A stretch of DNA of 64,000 nucleotides from the NCBI GenBank assembly GCA_009691105.1, contig SHVU01000006.1, positions 1,629 to 65,628 of the forward strand, in the 5' to 3' direction. Below are positions 10,281-20,206 of the stretch, piece after piece. The notes under the pieces are model-generated. The model searched no databases. It was not told the origin of the DNA and was given only the letters and a program-made list of their open reading frames with translations. The DNA is from Rhodospirillales bacterium. Lineage in GTDB: Bacteria > Pseudomonadota > Alphaproteobacteria > Rhodospirillales > SHVU01. The position numbers and the translations under genes were made by a program. The stretch's first letter is position 1; each line of letters starts with the position of its first letter.

Positions 10281-11009
10281 CTAGGCCTCGCGGTAGCGAT
10301 AACCGATGCCATAGAGAGTCTCGATTTCGCCGAAGTCGGTATCGATGTCCTTGAACTTCTTGCGCAACCGTTTGACGTGGCTGTCGATGGTGCGGTCGTC
10401 GACGTAGATCTGCTCGCCATAAGCCGCATCGATCAACTGGTCGCGATTTTTGACGTGGCCAGGCCGTTGGGCGAGGGCCTGCAGAAGCAGAAACTCGGTG
10501 ACCGTGAGATCGACCTTTTGACCACGCCACGTGCAGAGATACCGCGAAAGATCGAGTATCAGTTCGCCGCGATGGATCGCGTCCTTGGGCTCGACGGCGC
10601 CATCGGTCACCTTGGCCAAGTCGTGGCGGCGGAGGACGGCGCGGACGCGCTCGATGAGCAGGCGCTGGGAGAACGGCTTCCGGATGTAATCGTCGGCGCC
10701 CATGCGGAGGCCCAACATCTCGTCGATCTCGTCGTCCTTGGACGTGAGAAAGATGACCGGCATCTTCGACTTTTGACGGAGCCGGTTCAGAAGCTCCATC
10801 CCGTCTAGGCGCGGCATCTTGATGTCGAGGATGGCCAGGTCGACCGGTTGGCGAGTGAGACCGTCGAGGGCCTCGGCCCCGTCCTTGTAGGTCCGCACTT
10901 TGAAGCCCTCGGCCTCAAGAGCCAGGGACACCGAGGCGAGGATGTTGCGATCGTCATCGACGAGCGCGATGGTGCGGTTCATGAGCAGCGTTTCCGATTC
11001 TGTCGACAT
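10281..11009 (-). CDS. chvI: ChvI-type OmpR-family response regulator
   Basis: [24 protein letters not shown]...[13 protein letters not shown] closely resembles rhizobial ChvI, with a winged-helix C-terminus. Candidate starts at 10982, 11009 and 11057. Confidence 0.9.
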   Translation of the reverse strand: MSTESETLLMNRTIALVDDDRNILASVSLALEAEGFKVRTYKDGAEALDGLTRQPVDLAILDIKMPRLDGMELLNRLRQKSKMPVIFLTSKDDEIDEMLGLRMGADDYIRKPFSQRLLIERVRAVLRRHDLAKVTDGAVEPKDAIHRGELILDLSRYLCTWRGQKVDLTVTEFLLLQALAQRPGHVKNRDQLIDAAYGEQIYVDDRTIDSHVKRLRKKFKDIDTDFGEIETLYGIGYRYREA

Positions 11010-11298
11010 GGGTCCCGTCTCGTGGCCGCGATCAGCAGTGCCGGCGTCGGCCGGCACCGCCAGGCGGGCTCGATTGACGTGGTCTTTATGGCCAAATTAT
11101 AGTCGGCTTGAGGCGGTTCGCGAAGACAACCGCGCGCATGGCGCGACGAAAGGCCTCTCCATCATGCCGTTTCGTCTTCTCCGGCGTCACCGACCGTCGC
11201 GTTCGATTTTCCAGCGTTCGCTGGGCGATTCGGGCCGATTCGTAAGGATCCGAGGCGTCGCGTCCCGGATCACCCTTTTTAACTGAGAGACCCGGCCC

Positions 11299-12981
11299 GT
11301 GCCCGAAGTCGACGCCATACACTATTTCCGCGAGATCATCGTCTTCCTTCTCGCCTCCGTGGTCATTGTGCCGGTGTTCCAGCGGCTCAAGATCACCCCG
11401 GTGCTGGGCTATCTCGCGGCCGGGGCGGCGATCGGTCCGCACGGCCTGGGGCTTATGGACGATACCGAAGGCGTGCGAACGCTCGCCGACTTAGTCGTCG
11501 TCTTTTTGTTGTTCACCATCGGCCTCGATCTCACGTTCGAACGCTTGGCCGCGATGCGACGGCTGGTCTTCGGTCTCGGCTTTACCCAAGTCGTCTTCAC
11601 GGGCACCGCCATCGGTCTGATTGCCTGGCTCTGGGGCAACGGGCCGGAGGTGTCGATCGTTCTCGGCGCGTCGCTGGCGCTGTCGTCGACCGCGGTCGTG
11701 CCGATCCTCTTCGTCGTCCATGCCTTTGGGCGGGCCAGTGATGGGATCGAGCTCTCCGATCTCTTTCGCGCCACCGCGATCGCGGTTGTGTCCGTCGGAG
11801 CGATCTTCGTCTTCGGGCGGTTGTTTCTTCGTCCGCTCTTCCGGCTGGTCTCGGAGACGCACAGTCCCGAGCTGTTCACCGCCATGATTTTGCTCGCGGT
11901 TCTTTTGACGGCGAAAGTTACGGACTCGGCGGGGCTGTCGATGGCGCTCGGCGCTTTCATGGCCGGCCTGCTGTTGGCCGAAACCGAATTTCGCCACCAG
12001 GTCGAGTCGGACATTCTGCCGTTCAAAGGCCTGCTGCTCGGTCTCTTCTTTTTGTCCGTGGGCATGGGCATCGACTTCAACCTCGTCATCGGGGACGCGG
12101 CGTGGCTGAGCGTCGCCATCGTCGGCCTCATTCTTCTCAAAGTGGTGATCGCCGGCGGTCTTCTTCTGGCGTTTCATGTTCCCAAAGCCATCGCCGTGGA
12201 ATCGGCGTTGCCGCTCGGCGAAGGCGGAGAGTTCGCCTTCGTCGCGATCGGTGCGGCCATGGCGTTTGGCGTCATGCCAGAAACCGTTGGGCAGTTCATG
12301 TTAGTGGTCGCGGCGTTGTCTCTGGCATTGACGCCGGTGCTCGCGGCCTTGGGCCGGCGTCTGTCCGCTGCTGTCGAAACCAGCGAGGTGGGTCCCTTGT
12401 CGGACACCGGTCCGGTAGAGATCCGCGATCTCGAAAATCACGTCGTAGTTGCCGGCTTTGGTCGCGTCGGACGCCGGGTGGCGCGCATTCTCGACGCGCA
12501 CAAGGGCGCCTACATCTCGATCGATCGTAGCGCCAGCGTCGTCGAGGAATATCGGAAGAGGGGCGTGCCGATCACATTCGGCGATGCAAGCCGCGGAGAA
12601 ATCCTGACGCTTCTCGGCGTCGGCCGGGCCGCCGCGGTGATCGTGACCTTGGACGATCCGGCGGAATCGAGTCGCACCGTCGGGGCCCTCAAGAAAGTGT
12701 GGCCGACGCTGAAGATCTTTGCCCGCGCCAAAGACTCCGTGCATGCCGCGTCCTTGGTTCAAAGCGGCGTCGATGTCGTCGTTCCAGAAGCCATCGAGTC
12801 CAGCCTGCAGTTGGCCCGTCAGGCTCTCCGCGCCTTGGTCGCGCCCGAAGATACGGCGAGCGAACTGGTCAATCGCTATCGCGAGCGGGAATATCGCGAG
12901 TTCCGCTCGCCGGCCGCCGTCGTCGTGGCATCGACTCTGGTTCGGGACGGAAGCGATCCCGGCCGCGAAGTCGGCGGGTAG
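11299..12981 (+). CDS. CPA2 family K+/H+ antiporter, KefB/KefC-like with C-terminal RCK/TrkA-N domain; carries a 30-codon in-frame deletion (see findings)
   Basis: 560 aa. PVLGYLAAGAAIGPHGLG, GLSMALGAFMAGLLLAETEFRH..E.DILPFKGLLLGLFF and Rossmann VVVAGFGRVGRRVA. The segment between SSTA and PILFVV that normally holds the LLFQD motif is missing. Confidence 0.85.
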   Translation: MPEVDAIHYFREIIVFLLASVVIVPVFQRLKITPVLGYLAAGAAIGPHGLGLMDDTEGVRTLADLVVVFLLFTIGLDLTFERLAAMRRLVFGLGFTQVVFTGTAIGLIAWLWGNGPEVSIVLGASLALSSTAVVPILFVVHAFGRASDGIELSDLFRATAIAVVSVGAIFVFGRLFLRPLFRLVSETHSPELFTAMILLAVLLTAKVTDSAGLSMALGAFMAGLLLAETEFRHQVESDILPFKGLLLGLFFLSVGMGIDFNLVIGDAAWLSVAIVGLILLKVVIAGGLLLAFHVPKAIAVESALPLGEGGEFAFVAIGAAMAFGVMPETVGQFMLVVAALSLALTPVLAALGRRLSAAVETSEVGPLSDTGPVEIRDLENHVVVAGFGRVGRRVARILDAHKGAYISIDRSASVVEEYRKRGVPITFGDASRGEILTLLGVGRAAAVIVTLDDPAESSRTVGALKKVWPTLKIFARAKDSVHAASLVQSGVDVVVPEAIESSLQLARQALRALVAPEDTASELVNRYREREYREFRSPAAVVVASTLVRDGSDPGREVGG

Positions 12982-12989
12982 CGGACATC

Positions 12990-13754
12990 GTGTCCCGGCC
13001 GGCGGACGAGGCGGCACGCCAGGCGCGAATATTGATGCGCAGCGCGCGAGCCGTGGTGCTGGCGACGGCGCTTCGCGCCACCCGGGGTGATGCCGGCTTT
13101 CCCTACGCGTCGCTTGTCACCGTGGCCTGGGATGTCGACGGCAGTCCGGTGTTCCTGTTCTCGTCTCTCGCCGATCACACCCGTAACCTTGCCAAGGACT
13201 CGCGGGCCTCGCTGTTGGTTGAGGCGGCGCTGGCGCTGCCTCGCCCGGAGACCGGTCCGCGGATTTCGCTCCTGGGTCGGATTACCCGCAGCGACGATGA
13301 GCGGCACCGCCGACGCTATCTCGCCCGCCATCCTGACGCGGCCGCCTATGCCGGCTTCGGGGATTTTGCGGTCTACCGGATGCAGTTGGAGCGGGCTCGG
13401 TACGTCGGCGGTTTCGCAAGCGCGAAGTGGCTGGACGGTGCCGACCTGCTCGCGCCTAAGGGCGCCGCGGCGGCCATCGCGGCGTGTGAAACGGACGTCA
13501 TTGCCCATATGAACGCCGATCACGGCGAGGCTCTCGATCTTTACGCCAACGTCCTTTTAGGCCGTGGCGGAAAGGGTTGGCGGATGATCGCCCTGGATCC
13601 GGAAGGGTTGGATCTGGCGCGGCGGGGTCGCTGGGCGCGTCTTTCCTTTCCGTCGTCCGTCGCCACCGCCATGGACTGTCGGAATACGCTTATCGCGCTT
13701 GCAAAAAAGGCCCGTGCTGCACCTGCGAAGACTTCGCGGGCCCGGCGCAATTAA
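12990..13754 (+). CDS. HugZ-like / pyridoxamine 5'-phosphate oxidase-fold protein with DUF2470-type C-terminus
   Basis: ARAVVLATA...GFPYASLV...DGSPVFLFSSLADHTRNL and C-terminal IAHMNADHGEALDLYA. GTG 12990 or ATG 13035 start. The upstream part of ORF 12699 overlaps the kefB-like gene. Confidence 0.8.
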   Translation: MSRPADEAARQARILMRSARAVVLATALRATRGDAGFPYASLVTVAWDVDGSPVFLFSSLADHTRNLAKDSRASLLVEAALALPRPETGPRISLLGRITRSDDERHRRRYLARHPDAAAYAGFGDFAVYRMQLERARYVGGFASAKWLDGADLLAPKGAAAAIAACETDVIAHMNADHGEALDLYANVLLGRGGKGWRMIALDPEGLDLARRGRWARLSFPSSVATAMDCRNTLIALAKKARAAPAKTSRARRN

Positions 13755-13844
13755 TTCCTGTTCCCGCCGGCTTCGGGCTGGTATTGAAATCGTTCCACGA
13801 CACCTCTGCCCCGTATTTCGGCGGCCTCGAATCGAGTGAGGATA

Positions 13845-15671
13845 ATGAGCGTTTCCAAGCGGGCGCCCACCGCCAATCGTCCTTTGATTGCCTGGGTCGA
13901 CGAGATCGTCGCGCTGACCACGCCGAAGGCTGTCTATTGGTGCGACGGCTCGGACGCCGAATACGCCCGCATGACCCAAGAGCTCGTGCAGGCCGGAACG
14001 TTCATCCCGCTGAACCCGAAGCTGCGCCCGAATAGCTTCCTGGCGCGCTCGAGCCCCGACGACGTGGCCCGGGTCGAGAACCGGACCTTCATCTGCTCCA
14101 AGAACAAGGACGACGCCGGTCCGACCAACAATTGGGTCGATCCGACCGAGATGCGCGCCACGCTGACCAAGCTTTTCGCCGGGTCGATGCGCGGCCGGAC
14201 GCTCTATGTCGTTCCGTTCAGCATGGGTCCGCTTGGCTCACCGATCGCCAAAATCGGCGTCCAGATCACCGACTCGCTTTATGCCGTCGTCAGCATGCGG
14301 CTGATGACGCGGTCGGGACAAAAGGCCCTCGACGTTCTCGGCGACGGCGATTTCGTGCCATGCCTGCATTCGGTCGGCGCACCCTTGGCCGATGGCCAAG
14401 CTGATGTGCCGTGGCCGAGCAACTCCGAAAAATACATCGTCCATTTCCCCGACGACCGCTCGATCTGGTCCTACGGTTCGGGCTACGGCGGCAACGCGCT
14501 GCTTGGAAAGAAGTGCCTGGCGCTGCGCATCGCCTCGGTCATCGCCCGCGATGAGGGTTGGCTGGCCGAGCACATGCTGATCGTTGGCCTTGAATCGCCG
14601 CAAGGTGAAAAGACCTATGTCGCGGCGGCGTTCCCGTCGGCCTGCGGCAAGACCAATCTAGCGATGGTCATTCCGCCCAAAGGCTTCGATGGCTGGAAAG
14701 CCTGGACCGTCGGCGACGATATCGCCTGGATCAAACCGGGCCCGGACGGACGCCTCTACGCGATCAATCCCGAAGCCGGATATTTCGGCGTTGCGCCGGG
14801 CACGTCGTCGCACTCGAACCCGATGGCGATGCGGACCGTGTCCCACGACACGATTTTCACCAACGTCGCGTTGACCGACGACGGCGATGTCTGGTGGGAA
14901 GGCATGGACGGCCCGACGCCGTCGCACCTGATCGATTGGCAGGGCAAAGATTGGACGCCGGCGGCCGGCAAGCCCGCGGCGCATCCGAATTCGCGGTTCA
15001 CGGTCGCGATCGCGCAATGCCCCAGCGTCGATCCCGCCTGGGAAGATCCCAAGGGCGTGCCGATCTCAGCGTTTATTTTTGGTGGCCGTTTGTCGGGCGC
15101 GTATCCGCTCGTCGCCCAATCGTTCGATTGGGAACATGGCGTGTATCTCGCCGCGACCATGGGTTCAGAAGCCACCGCCGCCGCCGTTGATCAAGCGGCG
15201 ATCCGGCGCGATCCTTTCGCGATGCTGCCGTTCTGCGGCTACAACATGGCCGATTACTGGCGCCACTGGCTCAATATGGGCAAGACGCTTGCGTCGCCGC
15301 CGCCGATCTTCCGGGTCAATTGGTTCCGCAAGGACGCCAACGGCAAGTTCATGTGGCCGGGCTTCGGCGAAAACATGCGGGTCTTGAAGTGGATCGTCGA
15401 TCGGGCGCATCACCGCGCCGGTGCCGTCGAGAGCCCCTTCGGCTTGGTGCCGCGCTATAGCGACTTGCATTGGTCCGGTCTCGATTACCGGTCTGATCGC
15501 TTCCAGGGCCTGATGGGCATCGAGCGCGCCACCTGTCTCGCCGAGGCCGAAGGGCAGAAGGAACTTTTTGCCCGTTTCGGATCGCGGCTTCCGCCCGAGA
15601 TGGAACGGCAACGTCTTCTACTGGCCGAACGCGCCGCGCGCGCGCCCGAGGTCTGGGCGCAAGTCGCCTAA
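13845..15671 (+). CDS. pckG: phosphoenolpyruvate carboxykinase (GTP)
   Basis: 608 aa. [30 protein letters not shown] (kinase-1a) and WVGDDIAW-type motifs. ATG 13845 is preceded by an AGGA RBS. The track ORF begins at GTG 13836. Confidence 0.95.
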   Translation: MSVSKRAPTANRPLIAWVDEIVALTTPKAVYWCDGSDAEYARMTQELVQAGTFIPLNPKLRPNSFLARSSPDDVARVENRTFICSKNKDDAGPTNNWVDPTEMRATLTKLFAGSMRGRTLYVVPFSMGPLGSPIAKIGVQITDSLYAVVSMRLMTRSGQKALDVLGDGDFVPCLHSVGAPLADGQADVPWPSNSEKYIVHFPDDRSIWSYGSGYGGNALLGKKCLALRIASVIARDEGWLAEHMLIVGLESPQGEKTYVAAAFPSACGKTNLAMVIPPKGFDGWKAWTVGDDIAWIKPGPDGRLYAINPEAGYFGVAPGTSSHSNPMAMRTVSHDTIFTNVALTDDGDVWWEGMDGPTPSHLIDWQGKDWTPAAGKPAAHPNSRFTVAIAQCPSVDPAWEDPKGVPISAFIFGGRLSGAYPLVAQSFDWEHGVYLAATMGSEATAAAVDQAAIRRDPFAMLPFCGYNMADYWRHWLNMGKTLASPPPIFRVNWFRKDANGKFMWPGFGENMRVLKWIVDRAHHRAGAVESPFGLVPRYSDLHWSGLDYRSDRFQGLMGIERATCLAEAEGQKELFARFGSRLPPEMERQRLLLAERAARAPEVWAQVA

Positions 15672-15722
15672 GATCGCGGACCGGGTCGGGCCGCTCTTCC
15701 ACCGTCAGAAAGGCCGAAGCTC

Positions 15723-16145
15723 ATGAAAGCCAAGATCAAATGGCTCGGGGGCCGGAACTTCGTCGGCGAATCCGGCACGGGTCATGCCGTGGTGATGGGT
15801 TCGACGCCGGTCGCGGGCCAAGTCCAGCTTGGCGCGAGCCCCATGGAACTCGTCTTGCTGGGCATGGGCGGTTGCACCGCCGTCGACGTCGTCTTGATTC
15901 TCGAGAAAGGCCGCGAGGCGATCGAAGATTGCGTCGCCGAGCTAGAGGCAACGCGGGCCGACACCGATCCCAAGGTCTTCACCAAGATCCACGTTCATTT
16001 CGTGGTCAAGGGGCGGAAGCTCAATCGCGACAAGGTCGAGCGTGCGATCCAATTGTCGGCCGACAAATATTGCTCGGCCTCGGCGATGATCGCCAAGACC
16101 GCGACCATCACCCACGATTTCGAAGTCGTCGAAACTGGCGCCTAA
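15723..16145 (+). CDS. OsmC family peroxiredoxin-like protein
   Basis: 140 aa. GASPMELVLLGMGGCTAVDVV and ADKYCSASAM (two conserved Cys). Confidence 0.85.
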   Translation: MKAKIKWLGGRNFVGESGTGHAVVMGSTPVAGQVQLGASPMELVLLGMGGCTAVDVVLILEKGREAIEDCVAELEATRADTDPKVFTKIHVHFVVKGRKLNRDKVERAIQLSADKYCSASAMIAKTATITHDFEVVETGA

Positions 16146-16184
16146 ACGGCGCCGTTATTCGCCGGCAAGCTTCAACGTCGGTGC

Positions 16185-16577
16185 GTTGAGCATCTGACGT
16201 TGTTCGACGCGTTCCTGATCGGCTGTACCAAGGTCATCGCCCTGATACCCGGCACCAGCCGTTCCAGCATCACCATGACGGCGGCGCGGTTCCTCGGCTT
16301 TTAACGCCGGGACGCGGCGCGGCTCTCTCTCTTGCTCTCCATCCCGGCGAGTCTCGGTGCCGGCACGCTCTCGGCCATCGATCTGTATCAGGCCGGGGAT
16401 TCGCTGCTGACGTTCGGAACGTTGGAGGCGGTCGGGCTCGCTTTCATCGCCGCGTTGCTGTCGATCCACGCTCTTCTCGCCTGGCTTGATCGCCAGACGT
16501 TCACGCCCTTCGTGATTTATCGCGTGATCTTAGGCGTGGCGTTGATCGCCATGGCCGCCGGCGATTTCTGGACCTAG
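16185..16577 (+). pseudogene. uppP: undecaprenyl-diphosphate phosphatase (UppP/BacA) remnant: 5'-truncated, with in-frame TAA at 16302..16304
   Basis: The frame of ORF 16332..16577 extended upstream reads [56 protein letters not shown]... The PGTSRSG-type motif and C-terminal half are present. The N-terminal ~140 codons are absent, because the osmC stop is only 40 nt upstream. Confidence 0.85.
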
Positions 16578-17506
16578 TAGCCAGCCGCCCGGTCGACGAC
16601 AGGATGGGGCCGCTCGCTGGCCTGGATGCGCCGAACGTTGACGGCGACGTGTTCGGCCGCCGAGCCGACATTGTTCCAGCTCGCGATATGCGGCGTCACC
16701 ACGACCTTGGGATGGCGCCAATAGGGATGATCGGCGGGCAAGGGCTCGGTCACGAAGACATCGAGCATGGCGCCAGCGATGTGGCCGGAATCGAGAGCGG
16801 CGATCAGGTCGGTGTCGACGATCTGCGGACCGCGACCGGCATTGATGACGAAGGCCCCGCGGCGAAGCTTCGCCAAAGCCCGGGCGTTGATCAGCCCGGT
16901 CGTCTCCGGCGTCAATGGCAGCAGGCCGACGAGGATATCGGTCTCGGCCAGCATGGCGTCGAGACTTTCCGGACCGGCGAAGGTCCGCACCCCGGGAATC
17001 GTCCGGGGCCGACGGCTCCAGCCGAGCGTCTTGAACCCTTGGTCGGCCAGGGCCCGAACCGCGTCGCCGCCCAGCTCGCCGAGGCCGAGGACTCCGACGG
17101 CCCGCGCCGCGGGAGTCGATTCGCGCAGGTCGCTCCATTTGGCTTGGCGTTGAGCCGCCTGAAAGACATGGAAATTCCGATGAAAGTGCAGAACGCCATA
17201 GAGGACGTAATGGGTCATGTTCCGGACCATGCCCTCGGCCGGCATCCGGACGATGGGGACATGCTTGGGAAGGGCCGGATTTTTCAGGACGTGATCGACA
17301 CCGGCCCCGAAGGTGAAAATCGCCTTCAAATTCGGGCAGGCCGCGTAGTCGAACTTGATCGAATTCTGGAGCAGCAGGTATTCGATGTCCTCCTGGCGAC
17401 CGATTCGGTCCGGCCAAACGCGGAACTCCATGCCGGGAAGGGCGAGCTTCAGCGCGTCGAGCCACTCGACCGGATTGAAGAGGGTCGTACCGAACAGGAA
17501 AGCCAT
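16574..17506 (-). CDS. D-isomer-specific 2-hydroxyacid dehydrogenase (glyoxylate/hydroxypyruvate reductase A-like)
   Basis: 310 aa. NAD-binding VGVLGLGELGGDAV, and catalytic RG..VD....H region (INAGRGPQIVD...TPHIAS). Confidence 0.85.
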   Translation of the reverse strand: MAFLFGTTLFNPVEWLDALKLALPGMEFRVWPDRIGRQEDIEYLLLQNSIKFDYAACPNLKAIFTFGAGVDHVLKNPALPKHVPIVRMPAEGMVRNMTHYVLYGVLHFHRNFHVFQAAQRQAKWSDLRESTPAARAVGVLGLGELGGDAVRALADQGFKTLGWSRRPRTIPGVRTFAGPESLDAMLAETDILVGLLPLTPETTGLINARALAKLRRGAFVINAGRGPQIVDTDLIAALDSGHIAGAMLDVFVTEPLPADHPYWRHPKVVVTPHIASWNNVGSAAEHVAVNVRRIQASERPHPVVDRAAGY

Positions 17507-17575
17507 GGGCGAGATCCTATGTCGGAGAAAACAGGAGTGTTAAAGTCTACCGAGTCGAGGACATAACGAAGGCCC

Positions 17576-18571
17576 ATGAACGACGTGAGCAAGAAAGCCG
17601 AGCCGGGGCGCCGTCGCGACTCCATCGCAGAAGAAGCCGCGGAAATCAAGGCAATGCGGGCCGAGACCCAGCCGACACGGCGGGCGACGGTGCCGGCCCT
17701 CGAGGCCGTTCTCTACGAGCCGATTCCGGTGCTCGACAGCGGCTTCGTCCGCGTCGTCGATTACCTCGGCGACGATACCGCCATCGTCCAGGCGGCCCGC
17801 GTTTCCTACGGCCGGGGCACGAAGAAGGTCAGCGACGACCGGGGCTTGATCCGCTACCTGATGCGGCATCGCCATACGACGCCATTCGAGATGTGCGAGC
17901 TCAAGCTGCACGTCAAATTGCCGATCTTCGTGGCGCGCCAGTGGATTCGCCATCGCACCGCCAACGTCAACGAATACTCGGCCCGCTATTCAGTGTTGGA
18001 TCGCGAGTTCTACGTTCCCGAACGGATGGCTGCGCAGTCCGAGACCAATCGCCAAGGCCGCGCCGGAGAACTCGATCCCACCGAAAGCGATGCGGCGCGG
18101 GCGCTCATCCAAGGCGACGGCGATCGGGCGTATGGAACGTATCTCGATCTCTTGAACGAAACCGAAGGCGGCGAGGTTCGCGATCCGAGCCGCAAAGGTG
18201 TGGCGCGCGAACTGGCCCGCATGGTTCTGCCGGCGAACGTCTATACGCAGTGGTATTGGAAGGTCGATCTTCACAACCTTCTGCATTTCCTAAGCCTGCG
18301 GGCCGATCCACACGCCCAGTATGAAATCCGCGTCTATGCCGAAGCGATCGGCGCGGTCGTCCAGAAGTGGGTGCCGATCACTTGGGAAGCCTTCGAGGAT
18401 TATTGGACGAAGGGGGCGCGGCTTTCGGCCCAAGCGCTGCGCTTGTTGAAGACCATGCTGGCGCCGGGCGTTCTCGCCGACGAGGCGAAGCTCGAAGCCT
18501 TGCGTAAAGAATCCGGGCTGAGCCAGCGCGAGTTCCTGGAATTTCTCGACACCCTGAAGCGGGGCGAATAG
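17576..18571 (+). CDS. thyX: FAD-dependent thymidylate synthase ThyX
   Basis: 331 aa. RHRHTTPFEM and the ThyX signature RHRTANVNEYSARY. Confidence 0.93.
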   Translation: MNDVSKKAEPGRRRDSIAEEAAEIKAMRAETQPTRRATVPALEAVLYEPIPVLDSGFVRVVDYLGDDTAIVQAARVSYGRGTKKVSDDRGLIRYLMRHRHTTPFEMCELKLHVKLPIFVARQWIRHRTANVNEYSARYSVLDREFYVPERMAAQSETNRQGRAGELDPTESDAARALIQGDGDRAYGTYLDLLNETEGGEVRDPSRKGVARELARMVLPANVYTQWYWKVDLHNLLHFLSLRADPHAQYEIRVYAEAIGAVVQKWVPITWEAFEDYWTKGARLSAQALRLLKTMLAPGVLADEAKLEALRKESGLSQREFLEFLDTLKRGE

Positions 18572-18576
18572 AGCGC

Positions 18577-20202
18577 CTACGTTCGAACAGCGCCGGTTTC
18601 GTCGGCCCGCATATCGAAGGCCGCCTCCATCAAGGCCCGCGTGTAGTCGGTCTTGGGTTTCGTAAAGAGTTCGTCCGCCGATCCGAACTCGACGATCTTG
18701 CCGTCGCGCATGACGATGACGTCGTGGGCCAAGGCCCGCACCACTTTCAAATCGTGGCTGATGAAGAGATAGGCGAGGTTGTGGCGGCGTTGCAGGTCGC
18801 GCAACAGATCAACGATCTGGGCTTGCACCGTCATGTCGAGAGCGCTGGTCGGCTCGTCCAGGACCATGAACTTCGGTTTCAAGATCAAGGCTCGAGCAAT
18901 GGCAATGCGCTGACGTTGACCGCCGGAGAATTCGTGGGGATAGCGATCTTGAGTCGCCGGATCGATCCCGACCTCGGCTAGCGTCTGGCCGATCAAGGCG
19001 CGGCGCTCGTCGGCGTTGCCGCCGATGTCATGGACGCGCAGACCTTCCTCGACGATGCGGCCCACCGACAGGCGCGGCGATAGACTGCCGATCGGATCTT
19101 GGAAGACGATCTGCATTTCGCGCCGCAACGGCCGGACCGCGCTGGCCGGTAAATCTTGAATGTTGCGACCGGCGAAGCGGATCGGGCCTTCGGACTTTTC
19201 GAGGCGCAGAAGACCGCGCCCGAGCGTGCTTTTGCCCGAGCCCGATTCACCGACCACACCGAGGGTTTGGCCTTCGCGCACAGCCAATGTGACGCCGTCG
19301 ACGGCTTTGACGTAGCCGACCGTGCGTTTGATGACGCCGCGACGGATCGGAAACCAGACTTTTAGATCGTCGGCCGCCATGATTTCGGCGGCGCTGGCGT
19401 TGCGCGCCTCGGGCCGGCCCTTGGGCTCGGAGGCCAGAAGCTTTTGCGTATAAGGATCGCGCGGCTTGGCGAAGATCTCGGCGGTCGCGCCCTGCTCGAC
19501 GATCCGTCCCTGGTACATGACGCAGGTCCGTTTCGACATGTGGCGGACGATGCCGAGATCGTGGGTGATGAGCAGCAGCGCCATGCCAAAGCGTTCTTGC
19601 AGCTCGCGCAGCAGCTTCAGGATTTGCGCCTGGATTGTGACGTCGAGCGCCGTCGTCGGTTCGTCGGCGATCAGAAGGTCTGGCTCGTTGGCGAGCGCCA
19701 TGGCGATCATGATGCGCTGCTGCTGGCCGCCCGAAAATTCGTGAGGGAACGCGTCCAGCCGCTCCACGGCCTGGGGCAACCCGACGAGATGCAAAAGCTC
19801 GATGACCCTAGCCCGGGCTTGGGTCGCATCCATGTGCTTGTGGACAAACAGGACCTCGGCGATCTGGCGGCCGATGGTGTGGAGCGGATTGAGGGAGGTC
19901 AGCGCCTCCTGAAAAATCATCGCGATACGATTGCCGCGCAGGGCCCGCATTCGATCCTCGGGCGCCGCCATCAGCTCTTCGCCTTGGAACCGGATCGATC
20001 CCGACGGATGCCAAGCGAGCGGATAGGGCAGGAGCTTCAGAACCGACAGCGCGCTGACCGATTTGCCCGAGCCCGATTCGCCGACCAGGCCGACGGTTTC
20101 GCCGCTATCGACGGTGAACGACACACCGCGCACGGCTTTGACCTCGTTCGGGCCGCGGCCGAACGACACCGCTAAATCTTTGATTTCGAGAAGGGGCGGC
20201 AT
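18577..20202 (-). CDS. yejF: peptide ABC transporter, fused double ATP-binding protein YejF
   Basis: Two Walker A sites (GESGSGKS twice), two LSGGQ signatures ([16 protein letters not shown]). ATG 20202 avoids overlap with yejE; the longest ORF starts at 20241. Confidence 0.9.
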   Translation of the reverse strand: MPPLLEIKDLAVSFGRGPNEVKAVRGVSFTVDSGETVGLVGESGSGKSVSALSVLKLLPYPLAWHPSGSIRFQGEELMAAPEDRMRALRGNRIAMIFQEALTSLNPLHTIGRQIAEVLFVHKHMDATQARARVIELLHLVGLPQAVERLDAFPHEFSGGQQQRIMIAMALANEPDLLIADEPTTALDVTIQAQILKLLRELQERFGMALLLITHDLGIVRHMSKRTCVMYQGRIVEQGATAEIFAKPRDPYTQKLLASEPKGRPEARNASAAEIMAADDLKVWFPIRRGVIKRTVGYVKAVDGVTLAVREGQTLGVVGESGSGKSTLGRGLLRLEKSEGPIRFAGRNIQDLPASAVRPLRREMQIVFQDPIGSLSPRLSVGRIVEEGLRVHDIGGNADERRALIGQTLAEVGIDPATQDRYPHEFSGGQRQRIAIARALILKPKFMVLDEPTSALDMTVQAQIVDLLRDLQRRHNLAYLFISHDLKVVRALAHDVIVMRDGKIVEFGSADELFTKPKTDYTRALMEAAFDMRADETGAVRT

Positions 20203-20206
20203 CGGT

